From Octopus sinensis (Eukaryota): a DNA stretch of 42,229 bases. Positions 24,128-36,661 of the stretch are shown in pieces (position 1 is the stretch's first letter; each line of letters begins with the position of its first letter). Both the position numbers and the translations under genes were made by a program. The stretch spans positions 1 to 42,229 of the forward strand of contig NW_021835714.1 of the NCBI RefSeq assembly GCF_006345805.1. The letters run 5' to 3'. The notes beneath the pieces were generated by a model, which ran no database searches, was not told the origin of the DNA, and saw only the letters and a program-made list of their open reading frames with translations.

Positions 24128-25238
24128 TATATATATATATATGTATTATATATATAACATAATTGAAACTGTTAGCACAAATATTTAATACAAGTCGGTA
24201 TTGATATAGTTCACACAAAGTAAAGTAGATTTCACGAAAGAAAGCAATGTTGTGTTTACAAATATAAGTTTATGTGTGAATTGAAACCATTCCGTTGATG
24301 ACGTTCATTATTTCAAATTTCAAACATCGACAAAAATAATTTGCTAAAAAGTACTGGTGTTTATTTAATCGTATGTCTTCGTGATCTTGTTTTCGTGTTA
24401 GAGCTATACTCTATTCGCGCAGTATATCTTATGGATCCTGCGATAGAAGAAGGAAAATGAAGTGAAATTTTGCAGGATGTGAACGCACGCAAATTACAAA
24501 GAGATGTAAACCAACGTCGTGTGGTATCGACCATTTTCAAGGAAAGAACTTCTTTCTTTAACACAAACCAGTACAGATATTGAAAAAAAAACAAAAAACA
24601 GACAAGTAAATACGAATGCATACCTTGTACAATAGAAAATAAAAAATAAAAATTCATACCTTTTGAGATGTCTGGCTTCAGCACCGAATATCGAAGACAA
24701 ACAGTAAAGAAGAAGAAAGATAAAATAAAATAAATAAGAAAGCATTCTTTTTAATGTAGAAATTTTTTGTTTACTCTTGTCAGATGTCAGCTGATTTGTC
24801 CAACGTAGGAATTCTACGAGACGGAATACAAAGTGAAATTTGATGGCAAGCAATATTGAATAGAATCTGGGTTTGTCGACATATTCTAAAAACGATTTTT
24901 CAGTCTGTCTTCGTAATTTTGGCTGTGTTCTACAATATATTCTATATGTACTTTTGAGACGAGTGTATTTTTCCCTTCTTGTTTTACTTTTGGATTTTGT
25001 TACTTTTAATGCTAGAAATAAAAGCTTTATTTCTGACTTGAAGAATAAATGGATCACTATTTACACAGCAATGAGTTAACATTTTATCACACTTAAATTT
25101 GATACAAATGATTATCCGTTGCGGCAGCTGTCCCAGAATAACAGACAAATATTTCTTTCGAATTTGTAAAAGAACATTCCAAAACGCATTGTGTCGTACG
25201 TGCTAACACACGATTATTCCAAAACCAGATTCATATTG

Positions 25239-25489
25239 GTTACAGGAAATTTTGCCGTCAATATTTTTGCTGTAGGAAAAATCGCCGCAAGAAATTTCGT
25301 TTTAAATGACCTCATCACGTTTTTTTTATTCTTATGTTTGACGTCGAATAAAGACTTGCTTATTTAATGCTTTTACAAAACCTTTTATTATTCTGGAGTT
25401 TTTTTCTCCTATTTAATAAAATGCTGTTATAATAGCCTTTGTCATTGTCCATACGACGAATTTGTCTCCAAGGCAAATTTTCCTGTTAC
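25239..25489. mobile_element. Possible MITE-like remnant
   Basis: 18-bp inverted ends GTTACAGGAAATTTTGCC / GGCAAATTTTCCTGTTAC (2 mismatches) with related subterminal repeats. No target-site duplication is visible. Confidence 0.4.
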
Positions 25490-26690
25490 TACTTACTTGT
25501 TCTTGCAGTGGCATCCACCCGGGGTAGATTGAACCGGCTCCGACCACCGAATTAACCACGTCGCTCACAAATTCCAACCAATCTCGAAGGTCGGCCGCAG
25601 TCGAGGCTGTAGAGCGGACGCCGTACCCGTGAACGTCATTCGTTGTTGGGATGCAGAGTTCACATTTCGGTATTTCAGTGGGAATACAAGTTCACATGTG
25701 GTCCCCAGTTACTTGCAATACCCACTTTGGGGATAATGTGATCCGTAGCATCTCATCCTGCCGTCGATTGTCGACCGTCGCGGAGGTTTCGCTGACCAAG
25801 TAACCATCGACTACCGGAGCACGCGCAGCCTGGATTCGAAATGGATTTTAGAGATACGCGTTAGCAAAACTTATGGGCTGCCTCACTCACAATGGTCTTC
25901 CAGAATGCCGGACATCAACCCGCAATTTCTGCTATTGCTAGATAGTCGTTGAACCTACACTATGTTTCTCCATCCTTTTAACAGGCCTTGTTTTGAGACC
26001 TGCTGCGCTTTCTAGTAACCGTCCTTACCAGGCTCCCTTGTTAGGGTTGTCGCTTTAGTCGCCAACGATCCGACCTTCCTACAGGTTGTACTGGATTCCA
26101 TGCTACCAGTAGCACTCATAAGCGACCTTACAAATGACCTGACACCCGAATTTTCCTAGGCGGAGAAATTTCTTACGGCGAATTATCCGGACACGTTTCA
26201 TATTATTTAGTTAATGTTACGAATGTACAATGCAAAAATATATTTAAGTATATATTTGGTCAGTCAGATGAAACGGATGACAACTCTCTCACTTGCAATA
26301 CTGTCGTCATAAACTTATAAAAAGTCAAAAAAAATTTCCACGATGTTTAACTCCAGCTAAATTTTTTGGAGTCGACGAATAACAGGAGCGTTTTCAGACA
26401 CCTGACACAAGAAAATCCGAAGACAAAAACCAGTTTTGTCGGTGATGGCGCAGGACTGATTCTATTATTCTTTTATTATTTTTCTTGTTTCAGTCATACG
26501 GCCATACTGGAGCATCGCTTTTAGTCTAACAAATCGACTCCAGGACTTATTGTTTCAAAGACTAGTGCTTATTTTATCGGTCTCTTTTGCCAAACCGCTA
26601 GGTTACGGGAACGTAAACACATCAATATCAGTTGTCAAGCGATGGTGGTGGTGGTGGTGGGACAAAAACAGACACAAATACATACATACA

Positions 26691-26726
<36 letters not shown>

Positions 26727-26733
26727 TATATAT

Positions 26734-27267
26734 GTGAACTTCCAAGAGCGTTAGAGGTTGTGAATTCAACCAACTAAGGGATAATATCTATCCAATATAC
26801 TGCTGGTAGAATACTCAATTATTGATACACAAGTGTTGGTTATTACATGACAATTACATAACTGAGTATAATAAATGAGTGAGGGTAACAAGTGGTTTTA
26901 CCCTTAATTTATACGGCAAAAAGAAAATAGAGGGGATCCAGAGATAGTATCCATCAACTGTTAGACTTTATATTATGTCTGTTTATGTCTATTTAAATAG
27001 ACATAATGTAATATTTAACAGTTGATGCATACTACCTCTGGATCCCCTCCATTTTCTTCTTGCCGTATATTTATATATTCGCCATGATAGATCGTTAGCC
27101 ACTACACACATTTATTTCTCTCCTTGTTTCTTTCTGTGTCCCTTTCTGTAGAAGAGCGTAGTCTCGAAACGTAAAAGACTTTTTCTATTCCTGAGCGTTA
27201 TACTAATACATCTGTTTGTTTTGTACACCACCTGTCTTCGTCTTTTGCTTTTTTCGTGAATTCTCCC

Positions 27268-27268
<1 letters not shown>
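26734..27268 (+). mobile_element. Non-coding Penelope-like terminal-type element with internal hairpin, inserted in the central microsatellite of a SINE
   Basis: A unique ~535-bp block separates the two halves of one SINE B copy. It contains a 54-bp-arm hairpin (26910-27069) and a hammerhead-like motif (27142-27177). The Penelope-like assignment is inferred from that motif. Confidence 0.55.
27142..27177 (+). ncRNA. Hammerhead-like motif with A6U deviation
   Basis: CTTT-CTGTAGA-A-GAG-CGTAGT-CTC-GAAA-CGTA-AAAG. Stem I is CTTT/AAAG, stem II is GAG/CTC, stem III is the palindromic ACGT, and the predicted site is GUA. Confidence 0.4.
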
Positions 27269-27309
<41 letters not shown>

Positions 27310-27311
27310 AT

Positions 27312-27418
<107 letters not shown>

Positions 27419-28419
27419 ACGGGCTTCTTTCAGTTTCCGTCCACCACATCCACTCACAAGGCTTTGGTCGGTCCGAGACTATAGTAGAAGACACTCTCCC
27501 AAGTTTCCTTGCAGTGGAACTGAACCCGGAACCACGAGCTGGGAAGCAATCTTCTTACCACACAGCCACTCCTGCGTAATTCGTGCAACATGGACATTTC
27601 AGCCTAGATTATTATTATTATTATTATTATTATTATTTCCATTTTCATTCTAGTTAACACCAATAACACATAATAAAGCATGAGAAAGTAATTCGGAAAT
27701 TGGGACAAATGACAGATGAAGCCCTATTGTGTTGAATTACAGACTCTCCCGAGGTTTCATAGAAAGCTGCATGCTGACAGGCGTTCACCGTTTTATTGTT
27801 CTTTGCAAATTGACATGCATCAACTAAAAGTCGATCCGACATGAATCAGAGAGCGGAATATTGGTTTGCGTTTTGTTCTTATTGTATGCATGCGTCCATG
27901 TATGTATGTGCATTTGTGCACGTATGCACGTGTCTGTAGGTACGCATTTTTAGTATATATGCACACATACATACAAACATATATATATATAGATATATAT
28001 GAGTATGCATGCGTATATTCATGCAGACACACGTGCACACACACACACATGTGTGTGTGTGTATATCTACAGTGATATGAATGTATACATGTACATACAC
28101 ACTTACGTGCTATTTGTAAGAAGGTAAGAGGTGAAGGAAAGGAGCCTAAGTGACAGTGAAAAGGGGAGAAAGCAGAGAAGAGAGCAAGAAAGTGCTCGCG
28201 AGAAAGGGTGAGCGAGAGAGTGAGAGAGAGAGAGAGGAATGAGATTAACCTGAAAGCCATATTCTTCTTCTTCCTCTGCTCGGTGTCATGCCAATTTTGA
28301 CAACGTCTCGGAGTTGGTGGAGGTCGGCGTCGACTTTAAATATTAAAATCCTTTCTAAACTGTTCTGCTGGGAATGACACTTGGGCAATAACAAGAGTAT
28401 TAATAGCAGCAACAGTAGT

Positions 28420-29660
28420 TTTGGTGCTGCCGCTAGATGGGGCAGAGGTGGCGGCGGTGGCGGCAGTGGCGGTGGCGGCGGTGGCGGTGGCTGCGGCGGC
28501 GGCAGGAGCGCTCTAAGTTATGATGTTAAAGTCAGTATAGGTGGCAGTGGTGATGGTGCGGATAACAGTGCTGTGGTGGTAGTAGTTGGTGTTGGTGTTG
28601 CTGGATCTGGTGCCGTGGTGTCGAAATAGTGATGGTGGTGGTGCTGCTGCTGGTTTTAGTACCGCTGATGGTTTCGGTGGTGTGGTGTGGTGTTGGTGGT
28701 GATACTAGGTGTGGTGGTATTCAGTGTGATGAAGTTGGCTTTGGTGTGATGCTGGTGGCTGAGATTGCGGTGTTGTTATCCGTTGTTCTATTGGTAGTGG
28801 CGGTGGTGGTGGTGGTTGGTGTGATGGTGGCCCTGTCGTATGTAATGGGAATTTGGGTACGACGATGGCGATGGCGTTGAGGATGTCTGCGGCGGAACTG
28901 GGAATGGCGACGTTGATGGTATTGATGGCGAGAGGAGGCGGAAATAGGGAATATGAATACGAAGATGATGGTGGTGGTAGTGGTCGTGGTCGTGGTCGTG
29001 ATGGTGGTGGTGGTGGTGGTGGTGGTGGTGGTGGTGGTGTGATGCCACTGTTAGTGGTAGTGCTATGACCACCATTTAAAAATTTCTGTTAGTGATAATA
29101 GTCATTGTCGTCGTGGTGGTCACAGAGTTTCTAATGTCTTTGATAACACTAAATGCCTACCATTCTGCTGCTGCTGCTGGTACTGGTGCTGCTGCTGCTG
29201 CTGATGGTGCCGACGAGGAGAAGGAAGGGACGTAAGTCAGCTTTCTTCAATTATGACGCTACGATACGAAGCTGCTGCAGCAGCAACAGCAGCAAATGTA
29301 GCAGCAGACAAAAACTGAATGAGTGGTGACAAAGGGAGCGGCGGCGGCGGCGGCGGAAGAGGCGGCGGCTCGGTGGATGTTGTGACTTCATTGTTGAAAA
29401 TCGTTCTAGTTGTAGATCTGATGATGGTTGTAATGGTGGTGGTGGTGGTGGTGGAGTGGTGCTGATGATGGTTGTTGAGGTAATGGTGGTTGTGATGGCG
29501 TTGATGGTTGTGGTCTTGGTGTTGGTGGTGGAGTGGTGCTGATGTTGCTTGTAGAGTTAATGGTGGTGGTGGTGGTGGCGTTGATGGTTGTGGTGGTGGT
29601 GGTGGTGATGGCGGAGTGGTGCTACTGATATGTCTTAATGGTTGTGATGATGGTTGCGGG
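28420..29660. repeat. Degenerate GGT/GGC/GCT trinucleotide field
   Basis: Directly visible. Confidence 0.9.
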
Positions 29661-31079
29661 TGCTAAATGGTGGAGGTGGTGGATGGGAAATGAGAGCTGG
29701 TAGGGGTGGCGAATAATGGACGTGGGCGAAGCAGCGTTGTGGTGATGACGACTGTTGCAAATGTGAGTTCTGTTTCACCAAATTGCAAACGAAACATCGG
29801 TGCCATTTCTACCAACATTAGCACCACCGTTAACAACTGCAATTGCAACAGCCCTGTTTAATAGCAACAATTATGACAGTCAATAGTTATCAATATTGCC
29901 AACAGAGATAACAGTAGCAATTTGCCTAAGAAGATTGCAACAAGAGTAATGCCAACTTGTGCTGGAAAAATAGCAACAGCGACTAAAAATGTAGCAACCA
30001 TACGAATTCTAAGGTCTGCTAGAAATAACAGCCAAATTTTCCTCACCCTGATATTTTAGAATAACACTTAATGTTGTCGTCTGAGATGAAATGTTTCTGA
30101 ATAAAAGACAGAATAATCAGACAGGGAGAGTCTTTGATCATAGGTCTGCCCAATTAAGCTTAATCTGAGGCGAAGTAGGGACAAATGTTGCTACAATAGC
30201 AACAAAACAACTGATAACAGTTGCGGCAGTAGCAATTAGCACGATAAAATTGCAACAACTATAGCAGCGTCAACTAGTGTATCAGCATTAGAAACGGATC
30301 CATTATTAGCAACATTGATAGCAACAATAGTAATGATTATACCGGCCGATATGTATGAACGATATTAGCGACAGCGGCAACATGCGTTAGCAACAATAAT
30401 AGTAAAAAGAAACGGAAAAGGAACAACACACTACCAACAACCGGAACTCTAGCTAGCAACAAACAATACGTGAATATTAGTGCATTTTGAGGAACGTAGT
30501 AGACTGTTACTATTATGTATAACAGCTTAGTAACAAACAGTGTAAGAGAAGTATCCATAGCAACAGTAAGAGTTGACATAGAACAGCAATATTAATAATT
30601 CTTTCTAGAATAAGAAAATATTTCTTGATTTGTCCTCAAATACCTTTTGTACATAGCACAGATTTGCTAATTTATCCTGAATACGTTCTGGTAGATTCGA
30701 ACGCAAATATGGTAATCGCTGTTGGGTTCGTCCCTGGAAAACAGCTTTTCCGTTATGACGACTATGTGCTCATAGCACTATTTGCTCATAACTCACTAAA
30801 TTCATTAGGGTAAAGGATTGTGGGAGAGCAAGGTTTCGACATGCTGTTGCTCGTCAGCCAGAAGTGCTCGGACCGATGAATAGATAATAAGTAAACAATG
30901 GCTTTGTTTATAAGTTCAGCGAAGAAGCCGTTTGCTGATCAGCCATAGTATCTGCCAGCCTGTAATAAATAGTTATTTGCCATTTGCACAGGGAGTAGCG
31001 ACACACGAAACGATTACTTTGATGCTTATAGTCATATGTATATACATACGTACAATGCACACACAGACACAGACACAGA

Positions 31080-31110
<31 letters not shown>

Positions 31111-31197
31111 CACCACACACACACACACACACACAGACACACACACAGACACACAGACACACACACACACACGCAATACATATATACATGTATACTT

Positions 31198-31440
31198 ATT
31201 TCTTTACTACCCACAAGGGGCTACACGCATAGGGGACAAACAAGGACAGACAAAGAGATTAAGTCAATTACATCAACCCCAGTGCGTAACTGGCATTAAT
31301 TTATCGACCCCGAAAGGATGAAAGCAAAGTTGACCTCGGCGGAATTTTAACTCAGAACTTAAAGACAGACGAAATACCGCTAGACTAAAAAGGCGGTGCT
31401 TCAGCATGGTCGCAGTCAAGTGACTGAAAGAAATAAAAGA
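31198..31440. mobile_element. Chimera: headless SINE A (minus, 31198-31382) joined to a SINE B tail (plus, 31383-31440)
   Basis: A-type sequence ends at GACGAAATACCGCTA and continues directly into GACTAAAAAGGCGGTGCTTCAGCATGGTCGCAGTCAAGTGACTGAAA, which matches the B tail at 40485-40533. Confidence 0.82.
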
Positions 31441-31618
31441 ATATATATATAAATAAATAATTAAATAAATAAATAAATAAATAAATTAATTAATTAATTA
31501 ATAAATAAAATAATATAAATATAAAAATACACATACATATATATATATATATATTTGTATATATATATATTTAAAATTTAATAAGTTTAATTTATTTAAA
31601 TATATATATATATATATA

Positions 31619-32859
31619 CAGGGGTTGGATAAAATAATGGAAACACCTTAAAATTTCAAACAAGATTATTTTAATATGTGGTAGGACCGCCTTTGGCAGT
31701 GATTACAGCTTGAATTCCATCAGGCATTGACTCGTACAAAGTTTGAATTGCTTCCAGCGGGATTTTTGTCCATTCTTCAGCTAAATCAGTCGCTAGTTTT
31801 TGTAGTGATGATGGTGGAGTATTTCGACTCCTTACTTGTTTTTCTAAAATGCACCATAAACGTTCAATAATATTGAGATCTGGGGAGTGTGGTGGCCAGA
31901 TAAGATGTTCAACTTCTCTAGAATGTTCCTCGTGCCATTCAGTAACAGCTTTAGCTGTGTGAATTGGTGCATTATCATCCCGAAAAATTACGTTTCCCTC
32001 AGGAAACAGTTCGGCAACCATAGGATGAATTTGATCAGATAAAATACATAAATAGTCTTGACCAATTAATTCTGCCATGAAGGGAAAGCATTGGGCCGGT
32101 GGATTTCCAAGATATAGCCCCCCCCCCCAGATCATCACACATCCTCCTCAATGTTTAACAGTTGGAAGAAAGCAGACTGGCTGAAATGCTTTCTTTAGCT
32201 GTCTCCACATGTATACTCGTCCGAGAAAATAATATTCTTACACTGCTCTAGGGAGCAATTCTGTAGGTTTTCACTCCACTCTAAACGCTTTGCAACGTTT
32301 GTTTCTGAAAGTAGTTGTTGTCTGATTGCAACACTCCGGTAAAATCAGGCGTTGTACAGCTCCCGGCGAACAGTTTTTGTGGAAACTGGGTCCTCTAGGT
32401 GGTTATTAAGTTCTGCAGTAATTTTGGGAGCTGTACTTTTGTGTCCTTTTCTAACAATTTGCGTAAGATTGCGACGGTCCCTATATGAAAGTTCTGGTTT
32501 TCTTCTGGAGTTTTGTTTTTCCCTCTTTCTCGAAGCTGTCATTACTTTCCAGACAGTAATTCTTGATGCATCAAACATTTCGGCTGTTTCCGTTACGCTA
32601 GCGCCTGCCATACGAGCACCAACAATTTGGCCTCTTTCAAAGTCCGATAGATTTATCATTTTAATGAAATTTAAATACCTTTTTCTCATGATATCTGAAA
32701 AGAAACATCAATTTTAGCAAAACGTATTAAGCAATACTAATAATAAATACAAGAAAAACATGAAAATAAACAAGCTTTCGACGGTTTTATAGATATTTCA
32801 AAATTATGAGGCTATGATGCTATAATGCTATGTGTTTCCATTATTTTGTCCAACACCTG
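31619..32859 (-). mobile_element. Tc1-like DNA transposon with DD36E spacing (Incomer-type), defective copy
   Basis: 28-bp TIRs CAGGGGTTGGATAAAATAATGGAAACAC / CAGGTGTTGGACAAAATAATGGAAACAC (2 mismatches), TA on both flanks, length 1241 bp. Confidence 0.93.
31671..32662 (-). pseudogene. DD36E Tc1 transposase pseudogene
   Basis: MINLSDFERGQIVGARMAGASVTETAEMF (HTH region)...VSTKTVRRELYNA*...IIFSDE...VYMWRQ...TVKH*GGCVMIWG...FRDDNAPIHTAKAVTEWHEEHSREVEHLIWPPHSPDLNIIERLW...KGGPTTY. There are 36 residues between the second Asp and the Glu. It has stops, frameshifts and an apparent deletion right after SDE. Confidence 0.92.
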
Positions 32860-33199
32860 TATATGTATGTTAAGGTTTAGCAATATGCCAAACTATGTGG
32901 TTTTAGTTTGATAACAAAAATGTGTTACACAAAGCAAATTCCGCCCACACACCCGCTTACAGAAAGCACGAATCGTTAAGATAATCAATCATTTCAAATT
33001 ATCGATCACTTCAATTACATCACAGTCTTATTCGGAGTATTCTATTAATGAAAGTGTACAATCAAGTTTTTACACTTTTAATATCTAGAATTAAATCAAA
33101 TTTCTTGTTGGGGTTGGTTAAATTTTTAAGAGTGTTTGAGGTGGGCGGCCGGGGCGGTGGCCTGTGTGTCTGCGTGCGAGTGTGTGTGTATGTGTGTGA

Positions 33200-33233
<34 letters not shown>

Positions 33234-33319
33234 ATGTGCAGAGGTGGGTTTTATAGTAGTTTTCTCTCGTATAAACATTACATGAAACAAAACTAACGAA
33301 CGCACAAATCGTATTGACA

Positions 33320-33360
33320 TTCATGGTGTCTCATAAGTATTATGTATATGCATACGTATG

Positions 33361-33392
<32 letters not shown>

Positions 33393-33632
33393 CATATATA
33401 TGTATATATGTATATATATATTCATAAGTTTATACAAACGCACATGCATATTTATACACATATATATATATATATATGCATATACATATATATACAAACA
33501 TACATAACACACACACACCACACACACACATATATATATATATATATTATATATATTATATATAATGTTATATATATATATATATACATAATATTATTAT
33601 TTGATTGTATGCCATGCATCCATTTCAAGTTT

Positions 33633-33683
<51 letters not shown>

Positions 33684-33691
33684 TATATATA

Positions 33692-33727
<36 letters not shown>

Positions 33728-34010
33728 TATATGTATATATGTCTGTGTGTGTGTGTCTGAGGAGGGATACAGGGAGGGAAAGAAAGACATAAAAAGGACT
33801 CAAGTAGAAAAATAGTGACAGAAAGAAAGATAGGTAAGAAATGGAGGTATAGAAATACAGACAGACAGACAGAAAAATAGATGGATGCATGCATGCATGC
33901 ATAGATAGATGGTTAGATAGATAGACAGATTGATTGATTAATTGATTGACTGATTGATGGATGGATAGATAAATGGGTGTATAGATAGATAGATAAATAG
34001 AGTGATGGAT
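33320..34010. repeat. (TA)n/(TATG)n/(GATA)n compound repeat
   Basis: Directly visible. Confidence 0.92.
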
Positions 34011-34293
34011 GAATGCATAAATGGATGTTGTTCTGATAGATCTTACCCGAGCTCTTTGAAGGGAGACTTGACTCAGCTCTTATTTCACGCCTCTCCTAAA
34101 CTTCATTAGTAATGCTAATGATGTGGTTCGTTTCGTGGTCCCAGCACTGGGCGAGGTTCTTGCTGGTCCCTTTCTTCTGCTGCAGACTTTGCTTTAGCGT
34201 TACAATCTACGTTTGTGTATCAGGTGTTTTACTTCAACACTAAGGGTGTCTTACACATCTTTGATAAAAAGCGCCTCACATATCTATGATTTG

Positions 34294-35915
34294 TACATAC
34301 ATACATACATACATACATACATACATACATACGTACATACATACATACATACATACATACGTACATACATACATACATACATACATACATACATACATAC
34401 ATACATACGTACATACATACATACATACATACATACATACGTACATACATACATACATACATACATGCATACATACATACATACATACATACATACATAC
34501 ATACGTACATACATACATACATACATACATACATACGTACATACATACATACATACATACGTACATACATACATACATACATACATACGTACATACATAC
34601 ATACATACATACATACGTACATACATACATACATACGTACATACATACATACATACATACATGCATACATACATACATACATACATACATACATACATAC
34701 ATACATACATACATACGTACATACATACATACATACATACATACATACATACATACATACATACGTACATACATACATACACATACATACATACATACAT
34801 GCATGCATACATACATACATACATACATACATACATACATACATACATACATACATACATGCATACATACATACATGCATACATACATACATACATACAT
34901 GCATACATACATACATGCATACATACATACATACATACATACATACATACATACATACATACATACATACATACATACGTACATACATACATACATACAT
35001 ACATACATACATCACATACATACATACATACATCATACATACATACATACATACATACATACATACATACATACATACATACATACATACATACATACGT
35101 ACATACATACATACATACATACATACATACATACATACATACGTACATACATACATACATACATACATACATACATACATACATACATACATACATACAT
35201 ACATACGTACATACATACATACATACATACATACGTACATACATACATACATACATACATACATACGTACATACATACATACATACATACATACATACAT
35301 ACATACATACATACATACGTACATACATACATACATACATACGTACATACATACATACATACATACGTACATACATACATACATACATATACATACATAC
35401 ATACATACATACATACATACATACGTACATATACATACATCATACATACGTACATACATACATACATACATACATACATACTACATACATACATACATAC
35501 ATACGTACATACATACAATACATACATACATAATACATACATACATACATACATACATACATACATACATACATACATACATCATACATACATACATACA
35601 TACATACATACATACATACATACATACATACATGCATACATACATACATACATACATACATACATACATAACACACACACATATACATACATACAATACA
35701 TACATACATATACATACATACATACATACATACTACATACATACATACATCATACTACATACATACATACATACATACATACATGCATACATACATACAT
35801 ACATACATACATACATCATACATACATACATATATACATATATACTTACATATATTCTTACATACATACATACATACATATACATACATATATACATATA
35901 TACTTACATATATTC

Positions 35916-35960
<45 letters not shown>
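34294..35960. repeat. ~1.67-kb (TACA)n microsatellite
   Basis: Continuous TACA units with recurrent CGTA/TGCA variants. Indels increase toward the right end. Confidence 0.98.
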
Positions 35961-35962
<2 letters not shown>

Positions 35963-35966
35963 CACA

Positions 35967-36133
35967 AATATAAGAGAGGTCCAGATTGTTCCCAAGGAGA
36001 ATTAGCACAACTATGAACGTAGGCTTACGTTCATAGTTGTGCTAATTCTCCTTAGGAACAATTCTTGGTGGTTGAGACATTGCGGATCTATTTTTAGCGC
36101 AAGAGCGTCCACATAGTGGACCTCTCTTATATT
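35967..36133. mobile_element. MITE-like element with 17-bp TIRs and an internal 36-bp hairpin
   Basis: AATATAAGAGAGGTCCA (35967-35983) / TGGACCTCTCTTATATT (36117-36133). The internal stem 35986-36021 / 36026-36061 has one mismatch and a GGCT loop. Confidence 0.7.
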
Positions 36134-36138
36134 ATGTA

Positions 36139-36174
<36 letters not shown>

Positions 36175-36239
36175 TATATATATATATATATAGTATATAT
36201 ATATATATATTATATATATATTATATATATATATATAGT

Positions 36240-36618
36240 GGAGCACAATGGCCCAGTGGCTAGGGTAGCGGAACCGCAGTCGTGGGATCGCGGTTTCGAT
36301 TCCCAGACCGGGCGTTTTGAGTGTTTATTGAGAGAATACACCGAAAGCTCCACGAGGCTCCGGAAGTGTATGGTGGCGAACCCTGCTGTTCTCTTTCACT
36401 GCAACTTTCTCTTACTCTTTCTTATTGTTTCTGTTGTACCTGTATCTCAAAGGGCCAGCCTTGTCAGACACTCTGTCCCGCTAAATCTCCCCGAGAACTA
36501 CGTTAAGGGTACACGTGTCTGAGGAGTGCTCAGCCACTTACACGTTAATTTCACGAGCAGGTTGTTTCCTTGATCGGATCAAATGGAAACCTCGTCGCCG
36601 CAACCGACGGAGTACCAT
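36240..36618 (+). mobile_element. SINE type C1
   Basis: Collinear along its whole length with the reverse complement of 18984-19370, and inserted in (TA)n. Confidence 0.9.
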
Positions 36619-36661
36619 GTATATATATATAGATACACACACACATATATATATATATATT

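Noticed and set aside
24494-25079. 187-aa and neighbouring ORFs in AT-rich unique sequence
   Set aside because: The composition (F/L/K/I-rich) is typical of non-coding AT-rich DNA, with no domain motif.
25644-26132. Possible solo LTR (TG...CA ends)
   Set aside because: No target-site duplication, primer-binding site or second copy is visible.
28107-28260. Minus-strand ATG in good context (MAFRLISFLSLSL...) ending at a GTAAGT donor
   Set aside because: The signal-peptide look comes from (CT)n and the rest is a pyrimidine tract. There is no independent support.
28248-28400. Protein-like minus frame ...ERILIFKVDADLHQLRDVVKIGMTPSRGRRRIWLSG
   Set aside because: About 50 open codons is expected by chance in some frame. 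It has no usable start or strong splice sites, and I do not recognise the motif.
29153-29231. MPTILLLLLVLVLLLLLMVPTRRRKG followed by GTAAGT
   Set aside because: The poly-Leu derives from (CTG)n within a repeat field, the start context is weak, and GTAAGT is common by chance.
34213-36005. Long ORFs of 259-586 aa (HTYI/MYVC repeats)
   Set aside because: They are stop-free translations of (TACA)n, not genes. The same applies to the other YI/CV/HT/LS-rich ORFs in the track.
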